A stretch of DNA of 64,000 bases from an uncultured Chloroflexia bacterium (GCA_963810095.1 CAWEMM010000007.1:288001-352000); one strand, 5' to 3'. Shown: positions 29,434-42,796, counted from the first letter of the stretch. Notes: generated from the letters alone by a model not told the origin. Made by a program: numbers and translations.

Positions 29434-30069
29434 GTGCACGACCTTAAAGAACTCCTCGATATCGCGCAATCAGACCACACGCACCTTTGCCCGCGCATCG
29501 TGCTGGGTGTACGCATCGGCCTGGCGGGCGTCGCTGCGCTCGGGCTGGAGCCGCGGCATGGCGGCAAGCGCCTGCTGGCGATCTCCGAGTGCGACGGCTG
29601 CTTCGTCGACGGCGTGACCGCGGCAACCGGCTGCACCGCCGGCCATCGCACGCTGCGGGTAGAAGACTACGGCAAGGTGGCGGCGACGTTCGTGCGGGTG
29701 GATACGGGGCAGACCGTGCGGGTTGCGCCGCTGCCAGGCGTGCGTGCTCTGGCCAGCGCCTGGGCGCCCGAGCCCCGCGGGCACTACTTCGCCCAGCTTC
29801 GAGCCTACCAATCCATGCCCGACAGCCACCTGCTGAGCTTGACGGCCGTCGAGCTGGCAGTCCCGGTTCGCGAGCTCATTTCGCGTCCGGGCGTGCGCGT
29901 CAGCTGTGAGCAATGCGGCGAGGAAATCATCAACGAGCGCGAGCTCTGTGTGAACGGGCGCCGGCTGTGCCGGGCGTGTGGCGGCGGAGCCTATTACCGG
30001 GCTGCGCAGGCGCCGAAGCAGGCGCTAGAAACCGGATGTTGCGATGTCAACAGACAATCTCTCGACTGA
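29434..30069 (+). CDS. FmdE family protein with C-terminal C4 zinc finger
   Basis: HTHLCPRIVLGVR, ECDGCFVDG...TGCTAG, DYGKVAATF, CEQCGEEI...CRAC; GGAGGAGG RBS. Confidence 0.88.
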   Translation: MHDLKELLDIAQSDHTHLCPRIVLGVRIGLAGVAALGLEPRHGGKRLLAISECDGCFVDGVTAATGCTAGHRTLRVEDYGKVAATFVRVDTGQTVRVAPLPGVRALASAWAPEPRGHYFAQLRAYQSMPDSHLLSLTAVELAVPVRELISRPGVRVSCEQCGEEIINERELCVNGRRLCRACGGGAYYRAAQAPKQALETGCCDVNRQSLD

Positions 30070-32440
30070 ACGAATATCGGGCTACTGTGCCCTCTGCACC
30101 TCACGGTGCGGCTCGATTGCAGTGGTGGATAACGGGCGCTTCACTGCCCTCGAGCCCGACCCGACGCATCCGACGGGGAAGGCGCTTTGCGCCAAGGGAC
30201 GCGCCGCGCCCGAACTGGTCTACCATCCCGACAGGCTGCTCTATCCGCTCAAGCGCACCCGGCCGAAGGGGGAGCCCGATCCGGGATGGCAGCGCATCAG
30301 CTGGGACGAAGCACTCGACCTGACCGCGGCCAACCTGCGCCGCATGGCCGAGGAACACGGCCCCGAAAGCGTGGTCTTCAGCTGTGCGTCGCCTTCGACG
30401 TCCGCGGCCGACGACTCGACTGTCTGGATTGCCCGGTTGATGAACGCCTTCGGGACCCCGAACCTGTGCTCCTCCATGGAGTTGTGCGGGTGGGGGAGAC
30501 AACAGGCGACGCAGTACACGTTCGGGGCAGCTGTGCCCGGCGCGTACATGCCCGACATCGAGCATGCCCGCTGCATTCTGTTCTGGGGCTATAACCCGAA
30601 CCTCGCGCGCCTGAGCCACGCCACCGCCACCTTGGAGGCGCTCAAGCGCGGGGCGCGCCTGATCGTGGTCGACCCCCGGCTGACCGGCATCGCCAAGAAG
30701 GCGGACGTCTGGCTACAGGTGCGGCCGGGCACGGACGCGGCGCTGGCGCTCGGGATCACCCACGTGATGATCGAACGGGGGTGGTACGATCGGGACTTCG
30801 TCGGCCGCTGGACGAACGGGCCGCTGTTGGTGCGAGCGGACGACGGCCGGCTGCTGACAGAAGCAGACGTGTCGGTGGGGGGCAGCACGCGGAGATACGC
30901 GGCCTGGCGTGAGGCGCAGGGCCGCCCGGTCATCTACGACCCGGGCACGCGGACCTACGAGGGGGGCGATGCGGGGCTCGCCCTGTTCGGCGCCTTCGAG
31001 GTCGAGACCACGCAGGGCCCGCTCCTGTGCCGCACGGCTTTTCAATTGACTGCGGATCATTGCGGGCAGTACTCAGCGGCCCGCGTAGAAGCGATCTGCG
31101 GGATTCCTGCGACGCAAGTCGAGGCCGCGGCGCGGCTGCTGTGGGAGGCGCGGCCGGTTGCATACTACGCGTGGAGCGGCGTCGAGATGCAGACGAACTC
31201 GACCCAGATCGCGCGGGCCATCGCCCAGTTGTACGCGTTAACCGGCAGCTTCGACTCGCGCGGCGGCAACGTCCTGTTTGCCGCGCCCCAGTCCGCGCCG
31301 GCGGCCGGTTTCGAGCTTCTCTCACCCGAGCAGCGCGCAAAGGCGCTGGGACTTCCCGAGCGGCCGCTTGGACCGTCCCGTTGGGGCTTCGTTACCACAG
31401 ACGAAGTGTACCGCGCGATCCTGGAGCACCAGCCGTACGGCGTCCACGGCCTGGTCGGCTTCGGGGCGAACTTGCTGCTGGCACATGCAGACCCGCTACG
31501 GGGCCGGGAAGCACTCAAGCAGCTGGATTTCTACGTCCATGCGGACCTCTTTATGAACCCGACGGCCGAGCTGGCCGACATCGTGCTGCCGGTGGCAACG
31601 CCGTTCGAGCGCGACGCGCTCAAGCTGGGGTTCGAGATCAGCGCGGAGGCACAGTCACTCGTCCAGCTGCGCCGGCCCGTGGTCGCCGCGCAAGGGGAGG
31701 CCCGGTCAGACACGCAGATTGTCTTTGACCTGGCGAGCCGCCTCGGCCTGGGCGACCACTTCTGGCAGGGCGACCGGTGGGCCGCGTACCGCTACCAGCT
31801 GGGTCCCTCCGGCCTCGATCTCGAAACGCTGGCGGAGCATCCGAACGGGGTGCACGCGGCGGTCCAGACGCGCTATCGCAAGTACGCGGAGGAACATGAC
31901 GGCGTCGCCCGGGGCTTCAACACTCCGACAGGCAAGGCGGAACTCTACTCCGAGACGATGCTGAGCCATGGTTACTCGCCCTTGCCCCAGTACGAGGCGC
32001 CCGGGATGGGTCCCGAAGCGCGCCCTGACCTGGCCGAGCGTTACCCGCTCATTCTCACCTGTGCGAAGCACGCGCTCTTCTGCGAGACACAGCACCGGAG
32101 CCTGCCCAGCCTGCGCAAGCAAGCGCTTGAGCCAGAGGTCGAGCTGCACCCCGAGGCGGCGGCCGCCCGGGGGATCAAGCCGGGTGACTGGGTGCGGATC
32201 GAGACGCCTGAAGGCAGCGTGCGGGCGCGCGCCCGGCTCAACCCCACGCTCCAGCCGGGCGTGGTGTGCGGACAGCACGGTTGGTGGCAGGCGTGCCGCG
32301 AGCTGGGGGCGCCCGGATACGACCCGTTCACCCGCGACGGCGCCAACTTCAACCTGCTGATCGGCAACGCGGCGATCGATCCGATCAGCGGTTCAGTGCC
32401 CCACCGCGCCTATCTCTGCCAGGTGCGCCCGGCCGAGTGA
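30044..32440 (+). CDS. Molybdopterin-dependent oxidoreductase (DMSO reductase family, Mo/W-bisPGD, N-terminal Fe-S)
   Basis: CALCTSRC...LCAKG, RLLYPLKR, ISWDEAL, VVDPR, PGTDAALALG, TAELADIVLP, ELHPEAAAARGI. Confidence 0.92.
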   Translation: MSTDNLSTERISGYCALCTSRCGSIAVVDNGRFTALEPDPTHPTGKALCAKGRAAPELVYHPDRLLYPLKRTRPKGEPDPGWQRISWDEALDLTAANLRRMAEEHGPESVVFSCASPSTSAADDSTVWIARLMNAFGTPNLCSSMELCGWGRQQATQYTFGAAVPGAYMPDIEHARCILFWGYNPNLARLSHATATLEALKRGARLIVVDPRLTGIAKKADVWLQVRPGTDAALALGITHVMIERGWYDRDFVGRWTNGPLLVRADDGRLLTEADVSVGGSTRRYAAWREAQGRPVIYDPGTRTYEGGDAGLALFGAFEVETTQGPLLCRTAFQLTADHCGQYSAARVEAICGIPATQVEAAARLLWEARPVAYYAWSGVEMQTNSTQIARAIAQLYALTGSFDSRGGNVLFAAPQSAPAAGFELLSPEQRAKALGLPERPLGPSRWGFVTTDEVYRAILEHQPYGVHGLVGFGANLLLAHADPLRGREALKQLDFYVHADLFMNPTAELADIVLPVATPFERDALKLGFEISAEAQSLVQLRRPVVAAQGEARSDTQIVFDLASRLGLGDHFWQGDRWAAYRYQLGPSGLDLETLAEHPNGVHAAVQTRYRKYAEEHDGVARGFNTPTGKAELYSETMLSHGYSPLPQYEAPGMGPEARPDLAERYPLILTCAKHALFCETQHRSLPSLRKQALEPEVELHPEAAAARGIKPGDWVRIETPEGSVRARARLNPTLQPGVVCGQHGWWQACRELGAPGYDPFTRDGANFNLLIGNAAIDPISGSVPHRAYLCQVRPAE

Positions 32441-32448
32441 GGACGGAA

Positions 32449-32503
32449 TACACAAAGGCGCAAAGACACAACCTCTGAGCGATGTGTCTTTGCGCCTTCC
32501 TGG
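32449..32503. repeat. Family B inverted repeat between convergent genes
   Basis: AAGGCGCAAAGACACA...TGTGTCTTTGCGCCTT perfect stem. Confidence 0.8.
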
Positions 32504-32510
32504 CGCCGCA

Positions 32511-33495
32511 TTACGGTTGGTGCGCCGCGTCGACCGCCGCCTTCAGGTTGTCCCAGGATGTTTCCGCGGGCACCGTGCAGTCGGCGGCCAGGATGAAGTG
32601 CTCGGGCGCCTGCGCCAGCACCTCGCGGGCTGCGGCCGCCGCAGCTTGCGGGGTTCCCGTTGCCAGCACGCCCTTGCGCTCGAGCCCGCCCATGAAGGGC
32701 CGGCGGAACAGGGCAGCCGCTTCTTTCGGCGTCATCGCCCGGTCGCCTACGTGCAGCGAGCAGTTGACCACGTGGCCCGGATAGTCGAGGAAGGGCGACA
32801 GATCGTCGTAGCTGCCTTCGAAGTCGCAGACGTGCAGGATGTTGAAGCGGCAGTCCGCCAGCTCGTTCCACACGGCCAAATCGGTGGGCTTGATCAGCCG
32901 CTCGAAGATGTCGCGGCCGCCGTCGCGGCTTCCAGCAAAGCGGCTCGTTCCGCGAAAGCGGAACCCCTCCCCGCCCTGCGTCGACGCGTAGAAGCCATCC
33001 ACGCCCGCCTTCCTGCAGGCCCTGACGAGCGTCAGCACGTTGTCGGTGCTGATCTCCAGCCCCTTCAGCCGCCTGGGCCGGGTGTTCCCGCAGGTGTTCC
33101 TGGAGCAGCTCGTCGCCGGCCAGGTGCCGCGCCCACATGAAGGGCGAATAGAGCGTCAGAACCACCACGGCCTCTTGGCCGGCCGCCTCAACCAACCCGC
33201 GAACCACCTCGACCGTCGGCGCGAAGTCTTCTTCTTTCATCCGCCTCGCATGGGCCCAGTCGGCCGGGCTTGTGATCGGGAACTCGGCCATACCCTGCTC
33301 GTACTGGATCTTCACGAAGTCCATGCCGGTGTGCCGGAAGAATTGGAGATGCCGGTCGATTGCGGCCCGCCCCGCCTGGTACTGCGGGCCGAAGTGCAGG
33401 AAGAACGCGGCCGGGGTGTATCCTTCGGGTGTGTCCGCTGCCGGCGCCTCGCCCGCAGCCAGTCGCAGCATCATCTCGCGCTTGTTCACTGTCAT
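32511..33495 (-). CDS. Uroporphyrinogen decarboxylase (URO-D/CIMS) family protein; frameshift near 33070
   Basis: PAAFFLHF, GMDFVKIQ, TLYSPF, GVDGFYASTQG, NILHVC, FMGGL, FILAADCTVP. Confidence 0.8.
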
Positions 33496-33528
33496 CGCTC
33501 CTTTCCACATGCTGCCTGCATTATATAA

Positions 33529-35799
<2,271 letters not shown>

Positions 35800-35819
35800 T
35801 GAAAGGACTCATTTCCAGC

Positions 35820-37166
35820 ATGACCGAACCAACCCAGACCGCGCAACGGAACATGGTGCCCATCCAGTGCCCGAATTGCGGCAACCGCTTCGAGTCGCCC
35901 GTGATCTCGCTGATCGACGTGGGCGCTTACCCCGAGTTGCGCAGCTATTTCCTTTCGGGGCAGCTCAACGTGGCTGTCTGCCCGAAATGCCAGGCGCCGG
36001 TCATGCTCGAGGTGCCGCTGGTCTACCACGACCCGCGGGCCGAATTCCTGGCGATCTACTTCCCCCAGCAGCTGAACATCCCCGAACTCGAGAAGCAGAA
36101 GATGATTGGGGAGGTGACGCAGTCCCTCATGCGCAACCTGCCGCCCGAGCAGCGCAAGGGCTACTTCCTGAACCCGCGCCAGTTCGTCAGCCGCCAGAGC
36201 CTGGCCGACGCGATCTACGGCACGATGGGCATCAGCCAGGAAGAGCTCGACCGCCAGCGCAAGAAGGCGAAGCTGGTCGAGCAGCTTCAGGTTTTCGCCG
36301 ACGATCCCAAGGGCCTGCAGATGATGGTCAAGAACTCGGACAAGGACATCGACGGGGAGTTCTTCGCCATCCTGGCCTCCATGCTCGAGCAGGCCGGCGC
36401 AACCGGGGACGAGAAGAGCAGTGCGCGGCTCGAGATGCTGCGCGACAACCTGATGCCTATCACCAGTTGGGGCAAGAAGGCGCAGAAGCAGCGTGCGGCA
36501 GTGGATTCGCTCAAGGATGTGAAGACGCCCGAGGAATTCGTCGACCGCATCGTCGTCGCGGATGATGACGAGGTCGGTGCCATCGTGCTGGCCGCCCGGC
36601 CGGCCTTCGACTATAGATTCTTCGAGCTGCTCACGCAGCGGGTGGATGACGCCAAGGGTCCGGAGAAGGATCGTCTGGCGAAGCTGCGCGACCGCTTGCT
36701 CGAACTGACCAAGCAACTTGACGACGCGGCCCGCGAGAGCGTGGAGGCCAGCGTCAAGCTACTGCAGGAGATCATCAACTCGGAAAGCCCGCGCAGTGCT
36801 GTGCTCGAACACGCGGACCAGATCGACGACATGTTCATGAGCGTGCTGACCCGGAACATGCAGGCCGCGGAGCAGAAGGGCGACCAGTCCTTGCTTCAGC
36901 GCCTAGCGATGGTCTACGAAGAGATCATGAACCTGATGCAGGCCGGCGCGCCGCCCGAGGTGCAATTCATCAACGAGCTTGTGATGGCGCCATATCCGGA
37001 CGGCACCCGCGAGCTGCTGCAGGAGAACCGCGAGATCGTGACCCCCGAGCTGGTCGACCTGATTGCGCAGATGGCGGATCAAATGGCCGAGGACGAGGGC
37101 GACGAGGCGGCCGAGATGGTCAAGCGGCTCCGCGACATTCGGGCGCAGGCCCAGCTGATGATCTAA
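35820..37166 (+). CDS. CpXC domain-containing protein
   Basis: N-terminal QCPNCG...CPKCQ...PLVYHDP followed by a long helical region. Confidence 0.8.
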   Translation: MTEPTQTAQRNMVPIQCPNCGNRFESPVISLIDVGAYPELRSYFLSGQLNVAVCPKCQAPVMLEVPLVYHDPRAEFLAIYFPQQLNIPELEKQKMIGEVTQSLMRNLPPEQRKGYFLNPRQFVSRQSLADAIYGTMGISQEELDRQRKKAKLVEQLQVFADDPKGLQMMVKNSDKDIDGEFFAILASMLEQAGATGDEKSSARLEMLRDNLMPITSWGKKAQKQRAAVDSLKDVKTPEEFVDRIVVADDDEVGAIVLAARPAFDYRFFELLTQRVDDAKGPEKDRLAKLRDRLLELTKQLDDAARESVEASVKLLQEIINSESPRSAVLEHADQIDDMFMSVLTRNMQAAEQKGDQSLLQRLAMVYEEIMNLMQAGAPPEVQFINELVMAPYPDGTRELLQENREIVTPELVDLIAQMADQMAEDEGDEAAEMVKRLRDIRAQAQLMI

Positions 37167-37169
37167 ACG

Positions 37170-37209
37170 GATCTGAAATGGGACACTGATGCAACTGATA
37201 GAACTGATA
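37170..37209 (+). repeat. Family A half-element
   Basis: GATCTGAAATGGGACACTGATGCAACTGAT identical to 7097-7126; no partner arm. Confidence 0.8.
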
Positions 37210-37256
37210 CCTTCGACTTGTGCCGAGGCTCGCATGCCGGTCTCGGTCCACGAAGG

Positions 37257-37755
37257 ATGAACACAACCGAACGGGTTGGGCCCGAGTTGGCCCGGCAAAC
37301 CGTCGCGTTGCTCCGCGAGGCCGGCGTGCAATTGGCTATTGCCGAGTCGGGCACGGGCGGCGCAGTCGCCGGGCTGTTGCGCGACGCGGGCGCGGAGACG
37401 GTGCTGACGCGCGAGCGGATCGAACCGTCGGCCGAGGCGCTCGCGCTGACCTTGCGCGTGTCGCCCGCCAAGGTGCACGCCTTCGGCGCGATCAGTGCAA
37501 TGGTGGCGGCGGAAGCGGCTGCCGACCTGATCGACACGTATGAGGGCGGCTGGGGCCTGGTGGTGATGGTGCCGCCGGGGAACGCAGCGACCGGGCCCGG
37601 CGTCTCAGCAGAGGACCCGCACCACGGTCCGGGTTTCATCGCGCTCGGCACGCCCAGCATGACGATCATCCAGCAGTGCCGGCCCGGCGAGATCCTGCGC
37701 CGCAACTGTGGGGCTGCTGCACGAACAGGCCGTGCGCAAGCTGGCAAAGGCTTAG
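37257..37755 (+). CDS. CinA C-terminal/PncC-like protein, divergent; probable indel near 37705
   Basis: LAIAESGTGGAVA and FGAISA resemble PncC AESCTGG and GAVS; the remainder is divergent and the 3' end is uncertain. Confidence 0.55.
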
Positions 37756-37958
37756 CGATCTATCCGGGAATCAGCTGGGGCTGGTCTCTGACCGTGCCCC
37801 GTCTGGCCCGGGCGCCAGCCAAGCTGGCGTACGAGACCGGCCAGAGCGTCTTTCGGATAGATTCTTGGTTGCCAGGACGCCACGACCTGAGGGTTCACCC
37901 GGCACGTTAGGCTTTGCGGCGCTTCGCGCCATTGGTTCTTCCTGTGAAGGAGCCAGTC

Positions 37959-38460
37959 ATGTCAGAGATTCCCTTCCAGCTCAAGCTGATCCAGATCGAG
38001 AACCCCGACGATCTCAACTTCATCCTGGGGCAGAGCCACTTTATTAAGACAGTTGAGGACCTGCACGAGGCGGTGGTAGGGGCCATCCCTGGCGCGAAGT
38101 TTGGGCTGGCCTTTTGCGAGTCGTCGGGTGCGGCCCTCGTGCGCTCCACGGGCACCGACGAGGCGCTCAAGGAGCTGGCCGAGCGGAACGCGCTGGCCCT
38201 GGGCGCCGGGCACTGCTTCATCCTCTTCCTCCGCGATGCGTTCCCGATCAACATCCTTAACACGATCCAGGCTGTGCCCGAAGTCGCCGGCAGTCTACTG
38301 TGCGACCGCCAACCCGGTCCAGGTGATCCTGGCCGAGAGCGAGCAAGGCCGCGGCATCCTGGGTGTGATCGACGGCATCCACACAAAGGGCATCGAAGAC
38401 GCGGAAGGCGTCGCGTGGCGGAAGAGTTTCCTGCGAAAAATCGGATACAAGGTAGGCTAA
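37959..38460 (+). CDS. Adenosine-specific kinase / DUF355 family; frameshift near 38290
   Basis: NFILGQSHFIKTVEDL, FGLAFCESSG, AFPINILN, YCATANP, GRGILGVIDG, RKIGYK. Confidence 0.88.
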
Positions 38461-38471
38461 AAACACAGTCC

Positions 38472-39725
38472 ATGACACCAACCCCGTCTCGAAACCGGCA
38501 GCCTGGCCGCTCGATCCAGCGCGGCCTGGCACTCGCTGCTTCTGCTGATCATCGTGCTGGCCCTGACCGCCTGCCAGGCCGTGCCCGTCGCCTACCGGCC
38601 CGGCCGCGGCAACCTCCGAGCAAGCGGCCGTGACCGCCCAGCCTGCGACAGCGGTCGTGGCTGCTTCAACCTCGACGACGGCCGCCCCGCCCACCGCGGC
38701 TCCCACCGAGCCGCCGACTGCGACGCCCGAGCCGCCGACGCCCACGCTCGAACCGACGAGCAGCGAGCCGACCCTGACGCCCACCCCCGCGCCCGACGAA
38801 GGCGCCGCGGTCGCTTAAGGAAACGGACAACTACCTCGTGCTCGGTATGGATGCACGGCCGGGCGACAAGGCCTGGCGCACCGACACGATCATGATCGTC
38901 GCGGTCGACAACGAGGCCAACCAGGTCGGCATCTTCTCGATCCCGCGCGACCTGTGGGTCGACATCCCGACCATGGGCCCCGGGCGCATCAACCAGGCCG
39001 ACTATCACGGCGAGGCGAACAAGTACCCCGGCGGCGGCCCCGCGCTGGTGGGCAAGATCGTCGAGGACATTTTCGGCGTGCCGACCCAGCACTGGGTGCG
39101 GATCAAGCAAGAGGGGCTGGTGGAGATGGTCGACGCGTTGGGCGGGGTGGACATCACCCTGGATTGCGCGCTGCACGAGATCACGCCCGACCCGAAGGAT
39201 CCCAACAAGTTCGCGAAGTTCGACCTCCCAGCGGGCAAGAATCACCTGGACGGCCCGACTGCCAAGAAGTTCGCGACCTACCGCTACAACTCAAACGACT
39301 TCTACCGTGGGCAGCGCCAGCAGCAGCTCATTTGGGCCATCAAGGAGCGCGCGCTGCAGGTGGACGCCATCACCAAGCTGCCGCAGCTTTGGACCGCGTT
39401 GCAGCACACCTTCCAGACGGACCTGGGGATCCTGGACGTGATCCGCCTGGCGCGCCTGGGCGCCAACCTCAAGCCGGAGCAGATCCACGGGCTGACGTTC
39501 AGCACGCAGGCGATCGTCTATGCGACCGTAGGTGCGGCGCAGGTGCTCAAGATCGGGGACAAGGCGCTGTTGATGAAGGAACTCGGCACGCTGTGGAACC
39601 AGAAGTCCATCGCGGAGCAGGGCAAGATCGGCTCGAACGCGACCTGCGCGACGCCAACCCCGCCGCCGACTGCGACCATCACGCCGCTGGCAACGCTCGA
39701 GGTTGTCTCCACGCCGACACCGTGA
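38472..39725 (+). CDS. LCP (LytR-CpsA-Psr) family lipoprotein with Pro/Thr-rich N-terminal linker; several frameshifts in the 5' part
   Basis: LGMDAR..RTDTIMIV, SIPRDLWV, RINQA, VDALGGV, DFYRGQRQQ; lipobox-like ALTAC. Confidence 0.85.
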
Positions 39726-39805
39726 ATGGGACGCTGATTTGACTGATCGAACTGATTTGACTGATCGCTAATGATCATCCTAATCAGTTCGATCGGTGTC
39801 CTGTT
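39724..39805. repeat. Family A inverted repeat between convergent genes
   Basis: AATGGGACGCTGATTTGACTGATCGAACTGAT...ATCAGTTCGATCGGTGTCC. Confidence 0.8.
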
Positions 39806-40578
39806 TACCGTCTCGCCAGGAAGATCATGCGATCGCTGGCGCTGTCGTAGTCGCCCATCTCCCAGTCGCCGTAGACCGCCTCGACCTCGAATCCCGCCTT
39901 TTCGAGCAGCAGCTCGGCCTCAAACCGCCACAGGTAGCGCAACTCGAACGACGCCACCGAGCGGCGTACCGTCCCGTCCACGTCCATCTCGTCATAGATG
40001 TGGGTCACCTGCATCCGCTGCTCCGCGGGATCGAGCGTGCGGGCCAGGAACTTCATCACTTGCCGTCCCGTCGAGGGATCGGTCCACGTCCTGTCCCACT
40101 CCAGCCGGCCGTTCAGCGATGCCAGCTCGGCCACGTCCGGGCTGAATATGTCGATCAACAGGAGACCACCCGGCGCAAGGGCCTCGTGCCACGCCTCGAG
40201 CGCCGCAAGCTGCGTTTCTTGGTCCGCGAGGTGCAGGAACGTATTCATCAGCGCAAACGCCAATCGATAGCGGCCGGCGGGCAGCGACTCCGTGAAGTCG
40301 CCTTCGATGAGCCGCACCCGCCGCTCCGCGCCCCGCACGGCCGCGACCTTTACGCGCGCCAGCGCCAGCATCGCGGGGCTGCTGTCGATCCCGTCGATCT
40401 GGAACCCAGCCTGCGCCAGCGGCGCCAGCGCGCGCCCGGTGCCGCAGCCGAGCTCGAGCAGGGGACCGCGCGCCTCCTGTGCCAGCGCATGGAGCATGGG
40501 CAGGTCGTCCGCATATTCCGCGTACTCCCCGTCAAAGAACCGCGCTATGCGATCCATCTCGGCCGGCAGCTCGCTCAT
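39805..40578 (-). CDS. Class I SAM-dependent methyltransferase
   Basis: LLELGCGTGR, GIDSSPAML, LAPGGLLLID, LLEKAGF..VYGD; GAGGAG RBS. Confidence 0.9.
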   Translation of the reverse strand: MSELPAEMDRIARFFDGEYAEYADDLPMLHALAQEARGPLLELGCGTGRALAPLAQAGFQIDGIDSSPAMLALARVKVAAVRGAERRVRLIEGDFTESLPAGRYRLAFALMNTFLHLADQETQLAALEAWHEALAPGGLLLIDIFSPDVAELASLNGRLEWDRTWTDPSTGRQVMKFLARTLDPAEQRMQVTHIYDEMDVDGTVRRSVASFELRYLWRFEAELLLEKAGFEVEAVYGDWEMGDYDSASDRMIFLARR

Positions 40579-40616
40579 CGTCCTCTCCTCGGGTTGCATC
40601 GGTGTCCCATTCCTTG

Positions 40617-42600
40617 TTAGTCCAGGTCAAACGCCAGTAAGGGCACCGGCCCGCCCACGGGTTGCCCCTGCGCGTCTGTCGCTCCAGCGTCGACAAACCC
40701 GCCGTCTCGCGCCTGGTACAGCAGGAGACTGAGCACATAGTGACCCGGCGGCGCATCGGGCGGAATGGGGATCTCGTAATAGTCCTCGACGACTTGGTGG
40801 AGCGCCAGCTTCGAGAACGGCTGCATGCCCAGCACCGGTGCTCCCTGGTCGGCCTGCCACACCGTCGTCTCCCCATTCATCAGGCGGAGGGATACGGCAT
40901 AGTCCGGCGGTGGCGCCAGCACTTGCCAGGCCAGCGACATGGGCAGCACCTTGCCCCGGTCCAACTCGGGCGTGCCCAGCGGCCAGCTGTAGCCGAGGAG
41001 CCTGAGCGCACCGTCAAACCGGAAATTCAGGCCGGTCAGGCCCCCGGGAATCGTCTCGTCGGGTTGGCCCTTCAGCCAGGCAAGCGCGCCCGCGGAAGTG
41101 GGCTCGCTCCAGTCGCCTGCGCCGTTGACCGTGCGCGCGACCAGAAACGGTCGCCCTTCGGCCGCAGCCTGCTCCGAGTGCTGCTGCAGGCTGTTCTCCG
41201 ACTGGCTGAAGATCAGGCAGTCCGGGCAGATGCCGTCGACCTGCTGCGCGTACCACAGCGCCGTCGCCTGCTCCCAGTTCGCGGAAATCAACGCACGGGG
41301 TGGGGCGAGCGCGAGGCTGGCTGCCATCCGGTCGCCGCGGCCTCCAACCTTCAGATCCTGGCGGTACAGGTCCAGGGGCGTTTCCACCCGCTGCTGCGCG
41401 GTCTGCATGCGCCACTGCGCCGGCGCCCGCGCCAGGCCGGCCGCCAGCAGCACGGCCGCGGGCAGCAGCAGCAGCGCGGGCGGCCGCGCTCGTCGCGGCG
41501 CCGGTCCTCGCCTGCACCTCTGAGCCCTCTGCGTCCTCGGTGGCAAGCCGCCCGGACCGCCACTGCGCAGGCGCGATGGCCGTCCCGATCAGCACGACGA
41601 GGCAGACGTACGCAGGGATGTAGAAGACAAACTGGCGGGGCACCGCGTAGTTCTGGGTGAAGTACGCCTGGACGAGGAAACAAGCGAGGAGGAACAGCAG
41701 CCACGATCGGGCTCTGCCTCGCACCAGGGCGACGGCCGCGGCGAAGACGCCGAGCGCGAGCACGAACCAACCGAAGTTGGCGGCCAGCGTCTCCAGGTAC
41801 GCGACGACGTTCTCCGCCTTCGGCAGCAGGCCCACCTGGCCCAGGTAGCCGGCATCCTGTACGAAGGCCGCGAACTCACGGACCGAGGTCACCGGCGGCT
41901 GGTACGGGGGCAGGCCGCGCTGCGATGCGAGCGGCACGTAGAGATACAGGAGCAAGGGTGCGAGCAGACCGGCCCCGGCGGCCAGCCAAAGGGTAGGGCG
42001 CTTGAGGTCGCGCCGTGCCCAGAACAGCGCGAAAGCGGCGACGACGGGTGCAAACGCCAGGAAGCTGCGGTGATGTGCGAGCGCCAGGCCGGCTGCCAGC
42101 CCCAGCCCGGCCCACGGCCCCGCCGATCCCGGGCGCCGGTAGAATCGCCAGGCGGCGGCAAGGAGCAGTGCGGTCAAGAAGGCGTTCAGCGCGTACTTGT
42201 CGGCCAGCACGGCCTGGCCCCACACGACCGGCGAAACGGCGAGCAGCACGGCAGCGGCACTCGCCGCCAGCCATGAGCCGGTCGAACTCCGGACGAGCGC
42301 CCACACGAGCGCGACGCCGCCCGCTGCGGCGAGCGCGCTGAGCAGGTTGGTGCGCCATGCGATGCTGCCGAAGGGCACGATCGTGGTCCACAGCTTATCG
42401 AGCAGGGTTTGCAGCGGGTAGCCGGTCGGGTGAGTCAGGCTCAGGATGTGGGGCACGAATTGCAACTCGGCCGCGTCGCCGCCGAGGACGCCCGGCGCCA
42501 GCGTCGCGGCGTACAGCGCAGCCGCAAGCGCAAAGACGAGCAGCGGCGGCAGGATGGCACCGGCGGAGATGCGGCCGGACCTCTCGGGCGGGTGGGCCAT
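40617..42600 (-). CDS. DUF2723 GT-C glycosyltransferase (TMEM260-like) with C-terminal beta-sandwich; frameshift near 41490
   Basis: LYAATLAPGVLGGDAAELQ, HPTGYPL, WRTNLLSA, WGQAVLADKYALN, LALAHHRS; C-terminal LLGY...WQV..DYAVSLRL..IPPDAPPGHY. Confidence 0.82.
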
Positions 42601-42796
42601 GAGAGCGGACTCAGGTGGAATTGCGGGCACGCCTCCTTATACCCTTCGACCGGATGGGCTGTCAAGCAGGGCTGGCCCGCGCCCTGTGCCAGACCCGCGA
42701 GGCGCGGGATGACATATTGACTCGGACCGGCTTTCGACTCCCCGGTCTGGAATCCCCCTCGCTTGCCCCCGACCCGCTTCATGTTATGATTCGCAC

